Of a DNA stretch of 64,000 nt, positions 37,831-51,700 are shown piece after piece. The position numbers were made by a program, and so were the translations under genes. This stretch comes from Hypanus sabinus. Lineage: Eukaryota. The notes under the pieces are model-generated. The model was given only the letters and a program-made list of their open reading frames with translations, ran no database searches and was not told where the DNA came from. The stretch is from contig NC_082722.1 of the NCBI RefSeq assembly GCF_030144855.1, positions 12,214,001-12,278,000 on the forward strand, given 5' to 3'. Position 1 is the stretch's first letter. Each line of letters begins with the position of its first letter.

Positions 37831-38769
37831 ATTGAAGTACAAGGCCGGCAAAGAGGGGCAAATAAAAAAAGCATATTATTCCCTCAGTTCATTGAGTCAT
37901 ACAGCATGTATGATGGGTGGTTGGTCCTTTCATCCAAAGTTCACACCAACCACCCATTCACTGTATCTAACTTACTTACATTTTATTTACTCCAGTTCCC
38001 CCACCCAAGATTCTCCCACTCATTTACACAACAGAAGCCATTATTTGACATATCATCCTGCACCTCTTTAGAATATGGGAGGATACTGGAATATGCCCAG
38101 AGGAAATCCATGCAATCAGAGAAAGATTCTGTGAACTCTGCACAGACATCATCAGAGAGGTTTTAATAGGAACATGAATGTGAGGAAAATAGAACAATAT
38201 GGACATTGTGTAGGCAGAGGGGATTAGGTAGGTTGGCTGTTTGATTACTAATTTTATTGGTTCAGCGCAACATTGTGAGCTGAAGGAGCTATTAACATGC
38301 TTTACTGTTGTGCGTACTTTTTAATGTAATAATAAATTGTAACTAAAATAACAATACATTTGCCATAGTGGCAACATTTTGTCAAGTCTTCTATTTTTAA
38401 AGAAAATATGGTATCATTGGTAGAAAGTTACATCCAATTAAAATGCTGATGTGAGTAAACCTTTACCCTTGAACTCTCAAAATGATGCATCTTAGTCCAG
38501 CTGCTCTTTATCTTGAAATACAAAATACATAAGACCATAAGAAGCTTGTCATGTTATTCCATTCACAATTCCTCTTCTGTATCAGTACAATAGTGGCCTT
38601 AATTCTCTGATTTTTCAAAGTATCATCTACCTCCTCCTCAGACATCTCCAGTGATCTAGCCTTCTCATCCCTTCCTAAGTGAATTGCAGAAATACACCAT
38701 CCTCTGTAACAAAAAACTTCAACATCAGATTTAAATGATCATTCCTTATCTTGTACCACTGTCCTCATA

Positions 38770-39705
38770 TTAACCATATAACAATTACAGCATGGAAACA
38801 GGCCATCTCGGCTCTTCTAGTCCGTGACAAACGCTTACTCTCACCTAGTCCCATCGACCCGCACTCAGCCCATAACCTCCATTCCTTTCCTGCCCATATA
38901 CCTATCCAATCTTTCTTTAAATGACAATATCAAACCTGCCTCTACCACTTCCACTGGAAGCTCGTTCCACACAGCTACCCCTCTCTGAGTAAAGAAGTTC
39001 CCCCTTGTGTTACCCCTAAACTTTTGCCCCTAACTCTCAACTCAAGTTCTCATTTGAATCTCCCCTACTCTCAATGGAAAAAGCCTATCCACGTCAACTC
39101 TATCTATCCCCCTCATAATTTTAAATACCTCTATCAAGTCCCCCCCCCCAACCTTCTATGCTCCAAAGAATAAAGACCTAACTTGTTCAACCTTTCTCTG
39201 TAACTTAGGTACTGAAACCCAGGTAACATTCTAGTAAATCTCCTCTGTACTCTATTGTGTTGACATCTTTCCTATAATTCGGTGACCAGAACTGTACACA
39301 ATACTCCAAATTTGGCTTTACCAATGCCTTGTACAATTTTAATATTACATCCCAACTCCTATACTCAATGCTCTGATTTATAACGGCCAAGATACCAAAA
39401 GCTTTCTTCACCACCCTATCCACATGAGAATCCACCTTCAGGGAACTATGCACCATTAATTCCTAGATCACTCTATTGTACTGCATTCTTCAATGCCATA
39501 CCATCTACCATGTATGTCCTATTTTGATTAGTCCTACCAAAATGTAGCACCTCACATGTATCAGCATTAAACTCCATTTGCCATCTTTCAGCCTGCTCTT
39601 CTAACTGGCCTAAATCTCTCTAGCAGCTTTGAAAACCTACTTCATTATCCACAACGTCACCTATCTTAGTATCATCTGCATACTTACTAATCCAATTTAC
39701 CACAC
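38770..39705 (-). mobile_element. CR1 LINE 3' fragment
   Basis: VKPNLEYCVQFWSPNY; full 3' tail ending tatatggtta. Confidence 0.9.
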
Positions 39706-39789
39706 AATATTCAATATTCAAGCTCAAGTGGAAATATCTCTGACTCTACCCTGCTTAGGAATTTACATGCTGCTCCTCAATAGATGACT

Positions 39790-40520
39790 ATTAATTAAAA
39801 GCATAATTATTACTTTAATTATAATATTCCTACAACAGGTCCACAGCAGATGCCATCTCATTGGCTCTTCCCTCAACCCTGGAATATCTGGACAGCAAAG
39901 ATGCATATATCAGGATGCTCTTTCTCGACTACAGTTCAGCATTGAATACCATCATCCCACTAATCAATAAGTGCCAGAACAACAAGTCTTACACAAAGTC
40001 AGCAAGACCAAGGAGCTAATTATTGACTTTAGGAGGAGGAAGCCTCAGGTCCATGAGCCTGGCCTCATCAGGGATCAGTAGAGAGGATCAGCAACTTTAA
40101 ATCGCCTGGCGCTACTTTTCAGAGGACCTGTCCTGGACCCAGCACATAAGTGCAATTATGAAGAAATCATGGCAGGCCTCTACTTCCTCAAGAGTTTGCG
40201 AAGATTCAATATGACATCTAAAACTTGAACAATCTTCTATAGATAAGTAGTGGAGAATATATTGATGGATTGCATTACATTTTGGTATGGAAACACTAAT
40301 GCCTTTGACTGAAAAAGTAGTGGATACAGCCTAGGTCATCACGGCCTTCCCACATGAAGCATTGTTGCAGGAAAGCAGCATCCATTATCAGGGAACCCCT
40401 GCCACCCAGGTCATGCTTTCTTCTCACTACTGCCTTCAGTAAAAAGGTACAGGTGCCTTGGGGCTCACACCACCAGGTTCAGGAACAGTTACTACCCCTC
40501 AACCATTAGGTTCTTAAAGA
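39790..40520 (+). mobile_element. Rex/Babar-type RT fragment with internal deletion
   Basis: atgctctttctcgactacagttcagcattgaataccatc, accaaggagctaattattgacttt, ttacccctcaaccatt. Confidence 0.75.
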
Positions 40521-42780
40521 TTAGACACTTTGGGGCAATAAGGAGATGTCCAATTATGGTTCCACTTAGATGCAGATGAGTTATCTATTTGTCACAATGA
40601 AACTTATTGGGGTAATTTCTTTTTTAATTGTTTTGTATACTTCAACTTCATCCAGCATGGGTTAAGAACAATTTGGTTATGCAGTGAGAGGCTGGAATGC
40701 AGAATGCACTGCCTGCAGATGTAATGGAGGCAGGCTACATTGAACCCTTCAAAAGATTAAATGGATAAACATGTAGTGCAGAACAATTTGCAAAGTTGCG
40801 GAAAATATGCTGGTCTGCAGGCGTAAGAGATTTCCTCTGATAGAAAGCCAGCACGGTCAAAATATACCAGGTAGCCTCAATGTGTGTGTAATCAGTCAAT
40901 GATTCTGTGACATACTGATCAAATGTACAGAGTAAGAAAATTAAATGAAAACACTTCATATGCTATAAATTTGAAATAAAAACAAAAGATGCAGAAAAGA
41001 TTTCAGATTACTAATTATTATTAACTCAGTTCCTCTGTTCGGGGGTGCTGCCTATACTGCTGAGTGATTTCATCATTTTTTTTAATTAAATGGAAGATCA
41101 TTGGACTGAAACAACTATGCAAGAGTGCATCTGCAAGAGCCAATGTACTCAAATAAACTTTTGGTAGCATTAAAAAGCTGAGCCCTGAGCCTAGCAGCTG
41201 CTGGTTATCAACCTAAAGCACTCCCAAAAGACTCAGATTGAACTCACGACCTTCTAAGTATTATTACTTTTTTTTTGGCATTTTCTTTTTTTTGTAATTT
41301 ATTTTTTATTGAAATTCATCATCAAAAAGTTTCCATAAAACATATTTCAAATATTGTACATATATATCATATAGTCATATATGCTACAAATCTCCACATA
41401 ATATTTATCTGAGGTATACACTGATAGAAAAGAGGAAAGAAAGAACAAGTGAAAGGAGAAAATTATGTACAAGTAGGGAGTGATTTTTTTTACAACATAT
41501 TCATTGATTTGTGAGGATAAAATCAGGCCTATGAGTTAAAACATTTTTCCCAATATGAATCAAATTGTTCCAACTTATGATTAACAGATGCTGTTATCTT
41601 CTCCATTTTGTAAATGTAAATTATAATTTCCATTCATGCATTTAAAGTTGGGCTCTCCTGTGATAACCATTTCCTGGTAAGAGTCTTTTTACCAGCCACC
41701 AGCGTTATGTTCATTAAATATTTATCTCTTTTCAACCATTTTTGTGGTATATACCCAAAATATATGGTCTTACTTTCTAAGGGTATTTCACATTTAAAGT
41801 TGTCTTGTAGGGCATTGTGCATCCCACTCCAATAAAATATGATAATGGTTTGCATTTTGATTTCCACAATTTCTCCAGCAAACAGGGAGGTTAATGGGAT
41901 TTCAGAGAAGGTGTAATAAAATATCATATGAAGTTTTTCCATCCAAACACCTTCCATTTCTGTGAACTGGTACACTTCCATTGATACCTCCATATTACTG
42001 TCCATTCTTCCTCAGATATATTTATCCCTCCTTTATTCTCCCATTTTGTTTTAATGTATGAAGTCGAATGTGCTTTAAGATTTGACAAACCCTTATACAT
42101 GCTTGAAATGATTCTACTACCATTATCTGAATTATATGCTTTTCTAAATAGCTCTATCAAGCATGTCCTTGCCTTGGTTGCATTTTTAATCATCCTAATA
42201 ATATATTGTCGCATCTGTAAATATCAATAAAAGTCTTGGTTTTCTAATAATTGTTTCTCTTTAAGCATTTCAAAACTGAACAGTGTTCCTTCTTTCATTA
42301 TATTGCAAAGAACTGTTATTCCTTTAGCTGTCCAGTCCTTCAATATAGCATCCAGTTTATTCAGCGTAAAATCTGAGTTTAAGACAATTTAAGAATTGCA
42401 ATATCTCTCTCTAGTTTATATTCTTTTATAACTTTTTTCCATATTTTAAGAGTCCATTTCACCCATGGGTTCTCAATAGTATTTCTGAACCTTTCTAGGT
42501 TGTTATCAGCAAAAATTGCCTGTATGGGGATGAGAAGTATCCATTCCTCAATGTTTTTCCATTGAACGTCATATGATGGGTTGCACCAACATATCACAGC
42601 TCTCAAATGCGCAGCAAAATAATAATCTTTAAGAGAAGGTAAGCCCCATCCCCCCTTTTCCTTAGCTAATTGCAAAATTTTGAAGTAAGCTCTAGGCCTT
42701 TTACCTTGCCAGATATATCTTTATAGCATTTTGTTCCATTCATTGAATTGATTTTGATTACTTTCTATTGGTAGGGTCTG

Positions 42781-43382
42781 TGTTATGAGTGATGAACAGA
42801 CCTGATGGACAATGGGGTGAAGAGTTAATCATCCCCCCCCCCGAGAAACACAAACTATTACTGTTGCTATGCTGACCATGAGAAAGAGATGAAAAACAGG
42901 CAAGAACATTTGCTACAGATAAGAGAAGAGAAAGAGACTGTTGATTTACCGTATTATGACTTCTGCAAGGATTATTTATCTTCTGCTATTTTGCCCATAA
43001 ACATTCCTCAGTGGACTGAAGGAGTGGCCTTATTTGATGGACACAGTCATTCAGGATTGATGGATAGCTGAGTCCCCGTTGGTAGGGATAAAAGACAGGT
43101 CTGGAGAGACACCCGTCAGACACGCCAGTGGACACTGATTGAGTGTTGGAACCCACAAGAAAGGTGGGGGCTTCGGAGACCGAACCAGGAGATCGGTCAG
43201 TAAAACTCACAGTGTTACAGCAGGGCTGGTGGGGACTTTTGTGTGTGTCCACTCATGCCAGAGTGACGAGTCCACCACATAAGAACAGTCTGGCTGAAGA
43301 CCAGAGGGGTCATAACTGAATGACCACAAAGATATGACAGATTAAGAAAGCAAAGGAAGGTTTGGCTGCTGTAGCTGTTACA

Positions 43383-43428
<46 letters not shown>

Positions 43429-43720
43429 TATTACAATACAACAACCATAACTACATTGGCACTCATGAATTGAACTGAACTTTATACTTTTCTATGACAA
43501 TTTATTTAGCCCTAGACATCGATACTTGTTTATTATTGCTTATTATTATTATTCCTACACTTTTAGGTTTATTACTGCTAACTTGTTTTATGTGTATATT
43601 TGCATTATTGATATGGTTTTGCTTATTTTTATTAATTAACACCTTTAGTTTGGTACCACCAGACTCCAATGGATTCTTCTTTCGCTGCTGGTTAGACACC
43701 CAATTACAGGGTACATAACA
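42781..43720 (+). repeat. 5' LTR (940 bp)
   Basis: TGTTATG...CATAACA perfect 7-bp terminal inverted repeat; contains (CT)n at 43388..43424. Confidence 0.85.
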
Positions 43721-43723
43721 AAT

Positions 43724-43742
43724 TGGGGCCTCGTCTTGAGAT
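43724..43742 (+). promoter_or_regulatory. Primer-binding site, tRNA-Pro-like
   Basis: TGGGGCCTCGTCTTGAGAT versus canonical TGGGGGCTCGTCCGGGAT, 3 nt after the LTR end. Confidence 0.7.
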
Positions 43743-46700
43743 TTGATTACCAAATTAGGGGGCCAGTGAATCGGGATAAAAGTCCCTTATCTGATCTGGT
43801 TGTGAGATTAACCAGACGGGAAACCAGCAGAGATGGACATTATCAAACTTTTAAAAGACCCGACTGCGGGGGCATTAGAGGTTGTCAGGAAGGCTGAATT
43901 GGTGAATGTTGCGAAACGATTAGATCTCCCAGGGGTGAAATCATCCATGAGAAAGGTGGATATACAGAGAGAAATAGCTATGCATTATGTATCCAAGGAT
44001 GTGTTCACACGAGATGTATTGGACCTGTTCCCTGAGAGGAAACCAGCCGAGGGGGAGGTTCAGTTAGAGATGGAAAAATTAAGGTTGGCTGAGGAAAAGG
44101 AGAAGAGGCAGCATGAACTTCGGATAAGGCCTCTGGAAGCAGAGAGAGAGAAGCTGCAGGGCGAAGAGAGGAAGCTGAAAGGCAGATGGAGGAAAGGGAG
44201 AAAGTGAGGCAGCATGCACTGGAAATAAAGAAGTTAAAGTTACAGCAGAGAAGAGACCGGGCGGCAGACCCAAATGAGGGGTTCAAGATTGGTCGGGAGA
44301 TCCAATTGATACCTCCATTCGAGGAGATGGATGTCGATAAATTCTTCCTCCATTTTGAGAAAGTGGCTGTGAATCAGAACTGGCCTGAGAGAAAATGGGC
44401 TGTTCTGGTACAGAGCGTACATAGGGGGAAGGCTCAGCAAGCGTAATCGGGATTGTCCATGGATGAGTCTAGGAATTATGAGGAAGTAAAAAGGGCTGTA
44501 CTGAGGAGTTACGAGTTGGTGCCAGAGGCATACCGGCAGAAGTTCCGGAACTTGAGAAAGCCGTGGAACCACACGTATTTAGAGTTTGCCCGTGAGATGC
44601 AAATATATTGTGAGCGTTGGTGCGCCTCAAAAGAGGTTGATGAAGATTATGATAACCTGTTACAGTTAATATTGATAGAGAAGTTCAAAAGTTGTATCCC
44701 TGAAAGTATGAAGACGTACTTGGATGAGAAGGAGACAGAGACTCTGTCTGCAACTGCCAAAGTTAGCAGACGAGTACGCCTTAACCCACAAGTCAAAGTT
44801 TTCCTCAAATAAGAGTTACCAGAGAGGCAGTAGAGCCCACTGGCTAAGGCAGAGAATAAGCCGGGAGCTAGTGGAAAAGGTGAGGAGGAGGAAAAGCAGG
44901 CTGGCAGGAAGGTTCCTAGCTTTACGGGTTATAATTGTGGCAAAGTTGGTCATATAGCATCTAAGTGCTTTGCTCCGAAGAAGGAGACAGGAAAAGGGAA
45001 AACGGCAGTCCCGACAGGTTGCATTGAGTCGGTCAGCAGATCGATGAGAAAAGCAAAGATAGATAGAGCACAAGAGGGGCGTGAGAAGTTTATCTCGGAA
45101 GGGACGGTGTCTGTGAAGGAAGGAGAAACCCCAGTTCCAGTGCAGATCTGGAGAGATACTGGGGCTGGTCAGTCATTGATTTTAAGGAAGATATTAGATT
45201 TTGGTTCTGAGACTGAGACTGGGGAGGTTGTGTTAAGAGGTATCGGAAAAGGGACTGTGGCCGTACCTTTGCACAGGAAATTTCTGAAATGTGACCTGTT
45301 ATCTGGACCAGTCGAATTAGGGGTGAGGTCGAAACTACCGATGGATGGCGTGGACGTCCTACTTGGTAATGATCTGGCAGGTGGTGACGTGTGTTCAGCG
45401 TGAAGCTGACAAGTCTAAGTGCTGAGAACCCGCCCAAAGATTCCAAGATTTATCCCGCATGCGCATTAACTCGCAGCATGTCTAGAAAGGCGGCTGAGAA
45501 AGGAGCCAGTTTAAATGAGTCCAGTGTTGATTTGGCGGAGACGTTTTTACCGACCCTGTACCAAGAGGGGTTAGAGGGTGGTAAAACGGAGGACAGTGGG
45601 GTGAAAGAGAGTAAAGGAGAGGAGGTAGATCCACCCTTAGCCAGGAGGGAATTTATAAAGAAATAGATATGGCAGTTAGAAGGTCCAGGGTTGGACACGG
45701 GTGATCTGTCTGGCTTGACAGAGCAGCTTGCAGTTGAAGAATTTAAATGTGTTCCTGATAATGATATAAGGGCTGTCCTAGATGAAAATGATGCCGCTAC
45801 CTTGAGGGAGTCTGCTGGGTTAGCAGACAAGTTGTTTTAACCCGCAGGGTTGAGTTTACTCCGGATGGGAGTTGCCCAGAGAGTAACTGGGAGGATCAGG
45901 GGAATTTAGAATTTGAAAAGGGGACTGGTATTGAAAGCCTGGAAGAGGTAGATGTCCCGTTTGCGTGTGTTCAGGTTGTTGAAGTACCTGTGGAGTTACA
46001 GGGTACTGAACCTAGTATTGAAACTCAGGAAAAGTCTGAGGTATCTGATTTAGTTGAAAAGGAATGTAGTCCTTTTGGGTCAGGTGGACATAGTTCAGTG
46101 AAGAAAGGGTTAACCTTGGTACCAGTGGAAAGTGAGAATTCTCAGTTGTTTGTGTTAGGTGTGTTAAAAATTAATGATGAGATGAAAGCTGGTGATGTGA
46201 ATATTATTGAAGGAGAAGGGAAAGGTGTTGTTCCTAAAATGAATAAAGAAAATTTAAAGTTTGAATTGGTTTTAGAAGGATTGACAAAAGGGAAGGGACC
46301 GTTAACTGAACAATGGCTTGTGAACAAGGTGCCTGTGAATCAATTAAAATTTGTTTGGAAATTTAAAGATAAACAACTTGCTGATGTTATTCAAGTATGT
46401 GATTTGGAGAGGCAGAATTTGAAATGTTGTTTTGACCAAGAGGGATCATCTGCCGCTGTTAAACTGAAAACAAATAGAATGAAAGATCCTGAAGATAAAA
46501 TTAATGACTTGCTTAAATTTAATGAATTGTGTGGAAGTTCAGCAAATGGGCTTAGTTTGGAAAACATTGGTGATAAGATAGCTCCTGTGAAAGGTGTCTG
46601 TGAAGGCCTATTCTGCACTGGTGAGCAAGCTAACCACGTGAGAGTTCAGTGGAAAAGGGACAAAGGTTGACCAAATGCCACTTTGAATAACAGGATTTGG

Positions 46701-48482
46701 TTTTGAGAGAATTTGACAAAACATGTGAAAGATAAAAACACCATGAAAGAGTGACTGTTTGAAAGTTAAGTTTAAAAGTAAAATAGAGATTAGTATTTGC
46801 ACAAACTTCTGTAATGTACTACAGTATAATCACACATGTATTGGTTCACACTTTGTAATATACACCTAAGCTAAGAACATAACCCCTTTAGTATTTTTTT
46901 TTTTGCTAACATGAAAAATAGAAGTAGGCGGTTATTAAATTGGAGTCTGTTGGTACAGGAATTTAATATTAAAATACAACATGTAAAGGGGAGTGATAAT
47001 GTTATTGCTGATTATTTATCTAGATGTTAATTTAAAGAGATATAATAGTCTGGGCAGTATATTCATTTTAATTGATTCAATCCTTGAACTGAGCCTAAAA
47101 AGAAGGAATTAGCTTCCATCTTGTAATATATAACAATTAACAATTACGGCACGGAAACAGGCCATCTTGGCTCTTCTAGCCCATGCCGAAAATTATCTTC
47201 CTTAACTTTTTATATATAGGCTGATAATTGCATTCTGATATTTTTGCCAAATCTTTTGGTGTAATGATGCCCAAATATTTGAAAGACTCTGTTTGCCATG
47301 CCCAGGGATATCTACTTTCAATTTCTCTTGGTGGGCTATAGTTATATGAAAGTAATTGGGTTTTATCTATGTTGATCTTGTATCCTGATAATTGACCACA
47401 TTGTTCAAAGGATTGCATCAATTTAGGTAAAGAGTATGTTGGTAGCCCTAGATAGATCAAAATGTCAGCCGTGTAAGAGGCCAATTTATGCTCTGTCCCT
47501 TTAATAATAATTCCCCTGATATCTTAATTTTGTCTGATGTATTGAGCTAATGGTTCCAGATATAATGTGAAGAGTAGTAGTGACCATGCGCAACCATGTC
47601 TCGTGCTCCTTTCTAGGGTAAAACTATTTGATAAATATCCATTGATTTTAATCCAAGCAGTAGGGTTGTCATATAGTGCCCGTATAGTTTTAATAATTCT
47701 GTCATGGAAACCAAATCTATGTAAAACTCTGTAAAGAAAATTCCAATTAACCAAATCAAATGCCTTTTCAGTGTCCACGCTCATCACTAATGCTTAGATT
47801 TTATTTTTTTGTATATGATCCACAAAGTGAAATGTCCTTCGTATATTGTCTTGTGTTTGGCATTGTTGTATAAAACCTGTCTGATTGTTATGTATCAGTA
47901 TGGGTAGAAGCTCTTCTAATCATTTGGCCATGATGAAGGTAAATAATCTATAATCTATATTAAGAATGGATATTGGTCTAAATGACCCACATTCCATTTT
48001 ATCCTTGCCTTCTTTCTGTATAGTTGAGATTATTGCTTCCTTCCAGCTGGGTGACATTTGTACCTTTTTTAGAGCCCATTTCAGTGTGGGGAGTAAGATA
48101 GGAATTAACTCATTTTTAAATTATTTGCACCACTCTGCCGTATACCCATCTGATCCTGGTGACTTGCTTAATTTAAGCCTACTAATTGCAGCTTTTAGTT
48201 CAACTTCTGTTATGTCAGCAGAAGTCATTCTATTTTGTTCTTTGCTTAAAATGGGTAACTCTAGAGAATTCAGAAAGGTGTTAAATTGGGTTATGCTTCC
48301 CGCTGGAACTTTGGAATCTAGAGTTCTGTAAAACACTTAAAGCTTCTTGAATTTTACTTAGGTTTTTTTAATCATTTTTGTCTAAGTATTATTACAATGA
48401 AAAAAATACAAGGAGAAGTATTTGACCAGGCATAGTGTAATCACATGCAAATTAAATCACACCAAAATGGTAACGTTCTTAC

Positions 48483-48770
48483 CTGCAATTTTGACAGTAT
48501 AATTGGCCAAAGCTGGAACTTTGAGGCTGATGTGAGACACCTTACATACATAAACAGTTCCATCCTGAACAGGCTGTCCCTCTTTCAAAAGACTGGAAAC
48601 TACAGTTAGACCATCCATTGTTTGATGTTTATTCTCTTCTTTAGTCATAACTTCTTGACCATTTTTATACCATGTTAAGCTATACTCAGGAGGATAGAAA
48701 CCAGATGTGTTACACCATAGAGAACCATCAGCAGGTTGTATTTGAGAAATCTTCAAAGGGTCTGGGGAAC
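48483..48770 (-). CDS. Gene B exon 3, Ig C1-set domain
   Basis: Acceptor cttcctacag|, donor G|GTAAGA, phase 1; LWCNTSGFYP, LTWYKNG, YVCKVSHISL; aligns with gene A (SPDPLKI vs SPTPLQI; SHISLKVPA vs SHVTLKIPA). Confidence 0.93.
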
Positions 48771-51700
48771 CTGTAGGAAGTTTGAATGTAAAAGGATATA
48801 CTTTAATATCAATGTTGGATACAATGTGTGAAGTCATATTATCTATTGATATTTGTTTAATGATATTTCCTTTTTTCCTCATATTTCATTCCCCCATAAT
48901 TATTGGCTACTGCTTATTCATGAACAACAGAATATTTTGTCATAGTAATCTAATAAAACCGTATACAAAAATATAATTGTCCAGATTTATTGGATTCTGA
49001 TCCACTAAGGAAAGTTCAGCTTTTATACAAAATTTAATTCTGACCCAACCATGATGAATTCAAGTCCAATATAAACTTGGGTACTTTACTTTTGTCTACA
49101 CCACTCACAAGGACACTTTAAGACCCATTTGCTGAAAGGTAGCGAAAAAAAAAGAAAGGCTCTTTTGCCAGCTCATATAATGTTTTCAATCAGGAGAATG
49201 AGTACACATAATAAAGTAATGTGCCTGACCTGGATTAATCACTCAACCAGATTGGCACTGAATGGCATGTCCTAGACCAAACCCACAATGTTTTACCTAC
49301 CCAATCCAAACTTAATGGATTTGTTGATGAAATATATTTCTTACACATCATTACCTGTGTACAGTAGCTTAATCAGGAGAATTCTCAGCAGGAGAATTTG
49401 AACAGAACGGGAATTCAGATGGCAATTAACTTGAATGTTTAGAAAGTTGTGCAATCTAAATTCCAATTATCTTTTTCTTGCACTTCTTTGCTCTCTTTAA
49501 GAATTAACTAGTGCATACATTTAAAAACAGGCAGCTGCTATTCACCCAGAAAATACTTTTATCATTGTCAGTTTCCATTTTTTACATCCCTGTTAAAGCA
49601 GAGCTTGTGCAGTGAACAAGCTTTGCATCATTAATGGAAGATTTAAAATACAATGCATAATTCCACAATGTTTATCAAAATAAATTAATGATTTAATGGA
49701 ATTAAATTAGGTTAGATAATGGCAAAGATGTTATGGTATCCGAATGATCTTTACTTCCAGTCAAGTAAAATTCGTGCATAATGCTTATTGCTCCAGATAG
49801 TACTGAGGTTTCAAGTCAAAACCGTAAATTGCAGGTTACCCACACCTTGATAGCTCAGGACGAAAAGCGCTGCCGTAAGAAAACAAACATTGCATTCAAT
49901 TTAAGCTATCCTTCGTGTATGAAACTTCGTACAGTTTCATTAAGCAATAACTGGCACCAATGCATAATTTACATTATACAGCTAAATACTATTTTGTAAT
50001 GTGGGAAAATGTCTGTGAGGGTCATTTAGATGACAAGGGTCTTTACTTGCAGGAATGTTTTTTTTCTTAATTCCAATCCCTCACAGTTTCCGTTTCCTTT
50101 TACACCCTTTAATTCCACACCAAACCCATTTCTAATAGTTAACATCCTTTAATCACGAACTTCGGCTGTGCATTTATTCTGCTGCATCTGCTGTCAAAAA
50201 ATTTAAAAGCATTAAGGTTGAAAGCAAATCAATACACATATAAGCCATTTATCTAAAGCCATAGAATGGCATTCAAGGATAGAACAACGTTTTGACAGAG
50301 AACTCAGTGGAATAAATTCATGTATTTTCGAAATATGAAGCGCCCTTTAATTACACAATATGTGCCTACTGTCTGCAGAGGATAGTTCGTCGGTTGAATG
50401 CAGGGCTAAAGGATATGTTTATGAGAAAGTGGTAAGGCTAAGAGAATACTTTATAAGAAATCCCTCACATCCCTTGCATTTTATAAAAAGGCCCATTTAA
50501 TCTCTGGCCAACACCAGTACCTTTAAACTGTGCCCCAAACAATAACGGCTTTGGAAAACTGCTAGAAAAGACACCAGTAATTATTCACATCCTTTTTTTG
50601 GCGGGGGGGGGGGGAGGATCACGTTACAGATCATAATTTATATAACATATACACTCCTGAATGACCCCCTCAATGAGACGATTCCAATTACAATTAAAAC
50701 TCAGATGTCCAGAAATGATATTTATCGTGTTGCCCATCATTGGTTGGCATCCTCACTCAAAGAATTCCTCCACAAGCCACAAATTTTAAAGCATGAAAAC
50801 GAGGTGAACATTTGGACTTGGATCAGTTTGGCAGATGGGGAGGGAAAGGTATGGGCACGTTACAAGCTTCAAATATTAATCCCATTTTAAATGGAATTTT
50901 TCGTTTTTCCGTGAACGAAGGATTTGTTATTTAGATTTGGAACTAATCAGATAAGAACACAGGAATGGATCCTGATCAAGTGAGGCCATTTGAAATGGGA
51001 AGCCTTCACTCACCGTTTGCCTTTGAAAAACCAATGATTGGCGTTACGCTGAAGTAACAACGCAACACCAACACATATTAAAATATTTTTGTAACATAGT
51101 TCAAGGTGGAATTGATCCAATTTACAACCCCGATGTCGCAGCTTGCCTTTAAAAATCTTTAGATACATCCAATGCATTTTATTACATAATCCTAAGGTGC
51201 CCTCAGCTAGGTTCGTAATTTGATCTTGTAAGAAACTGGGAAACGAAATATTTTCAATCGAAATAAAACTCAGTAATGTAAACCAACATTACGCCTTTTG
51301 CACAATACTGTGGTCAAAACTGCCCCACTTCAGAAACAACTAAGCTACAGAGAAGCACATCTGCAATACAGCCAGGTGGTTGGGGAAGAACATTTAATTT
51401 CAAAGACTGTGCAAAGTATCCGAACGGCCGGTCGCTATACACTTGTTAGCATCAGAAATAAATGAAGGCAGCTTGTCTACAGATATGCTCAATAAAGATT
51501 GTTCCAATTAATAGTTTCGCTAATATTTCTTGTCAGCTTGATAACACCGACGCTAACACATGAAGAACATTAACTGAAGACAGTGCTAAGTGTTTTTCCC
51601 ATTACCACGCCCATTTGAACGCTTGATTGTTATCTTCTCCATGTGGGAGTACTGTACATCCAAGGGGAAACTTAACAGGTATAAGTGCTGAGAAATACTA

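Larger units (their letters stand above)
42781..47033 (+). mobile_element. Gmr1-like Gypsy LTR element, non-autonomous, 3' LTR missing
   Basis: LTR, PBS, gag with SCAN-like YELVPEAYRQKFR...LILIEKFKS, CCHC knuckle at about 44920..44965, protease RDTGAGQSLI, RNase H stub DNVIADYLSRC* at about 47030. Confidence 0.88.
41268..48380 (-). mobile_element. 5'-truncated L1 (ORF2 RT to poly-A), interrupted by a Gypsy element
   Basis: Perfect 15-bp TSD TCTAAGTATTATTAC at 41253..41267 and 48381..48395; T-rich tail from 41268; KSPGSDGY, SVDTEKAFD, KEKGGWGLPSL motifs. Confidence 0.92.

Noticed and set aside
49355-49430. QILLLRILLIKLLYTG before a good donor, TCR-alpha-TM-like or leader-like
   Set aside because: No in-frame ATG or credible acceptor before the upstream stop; contains a small tandem duplication.
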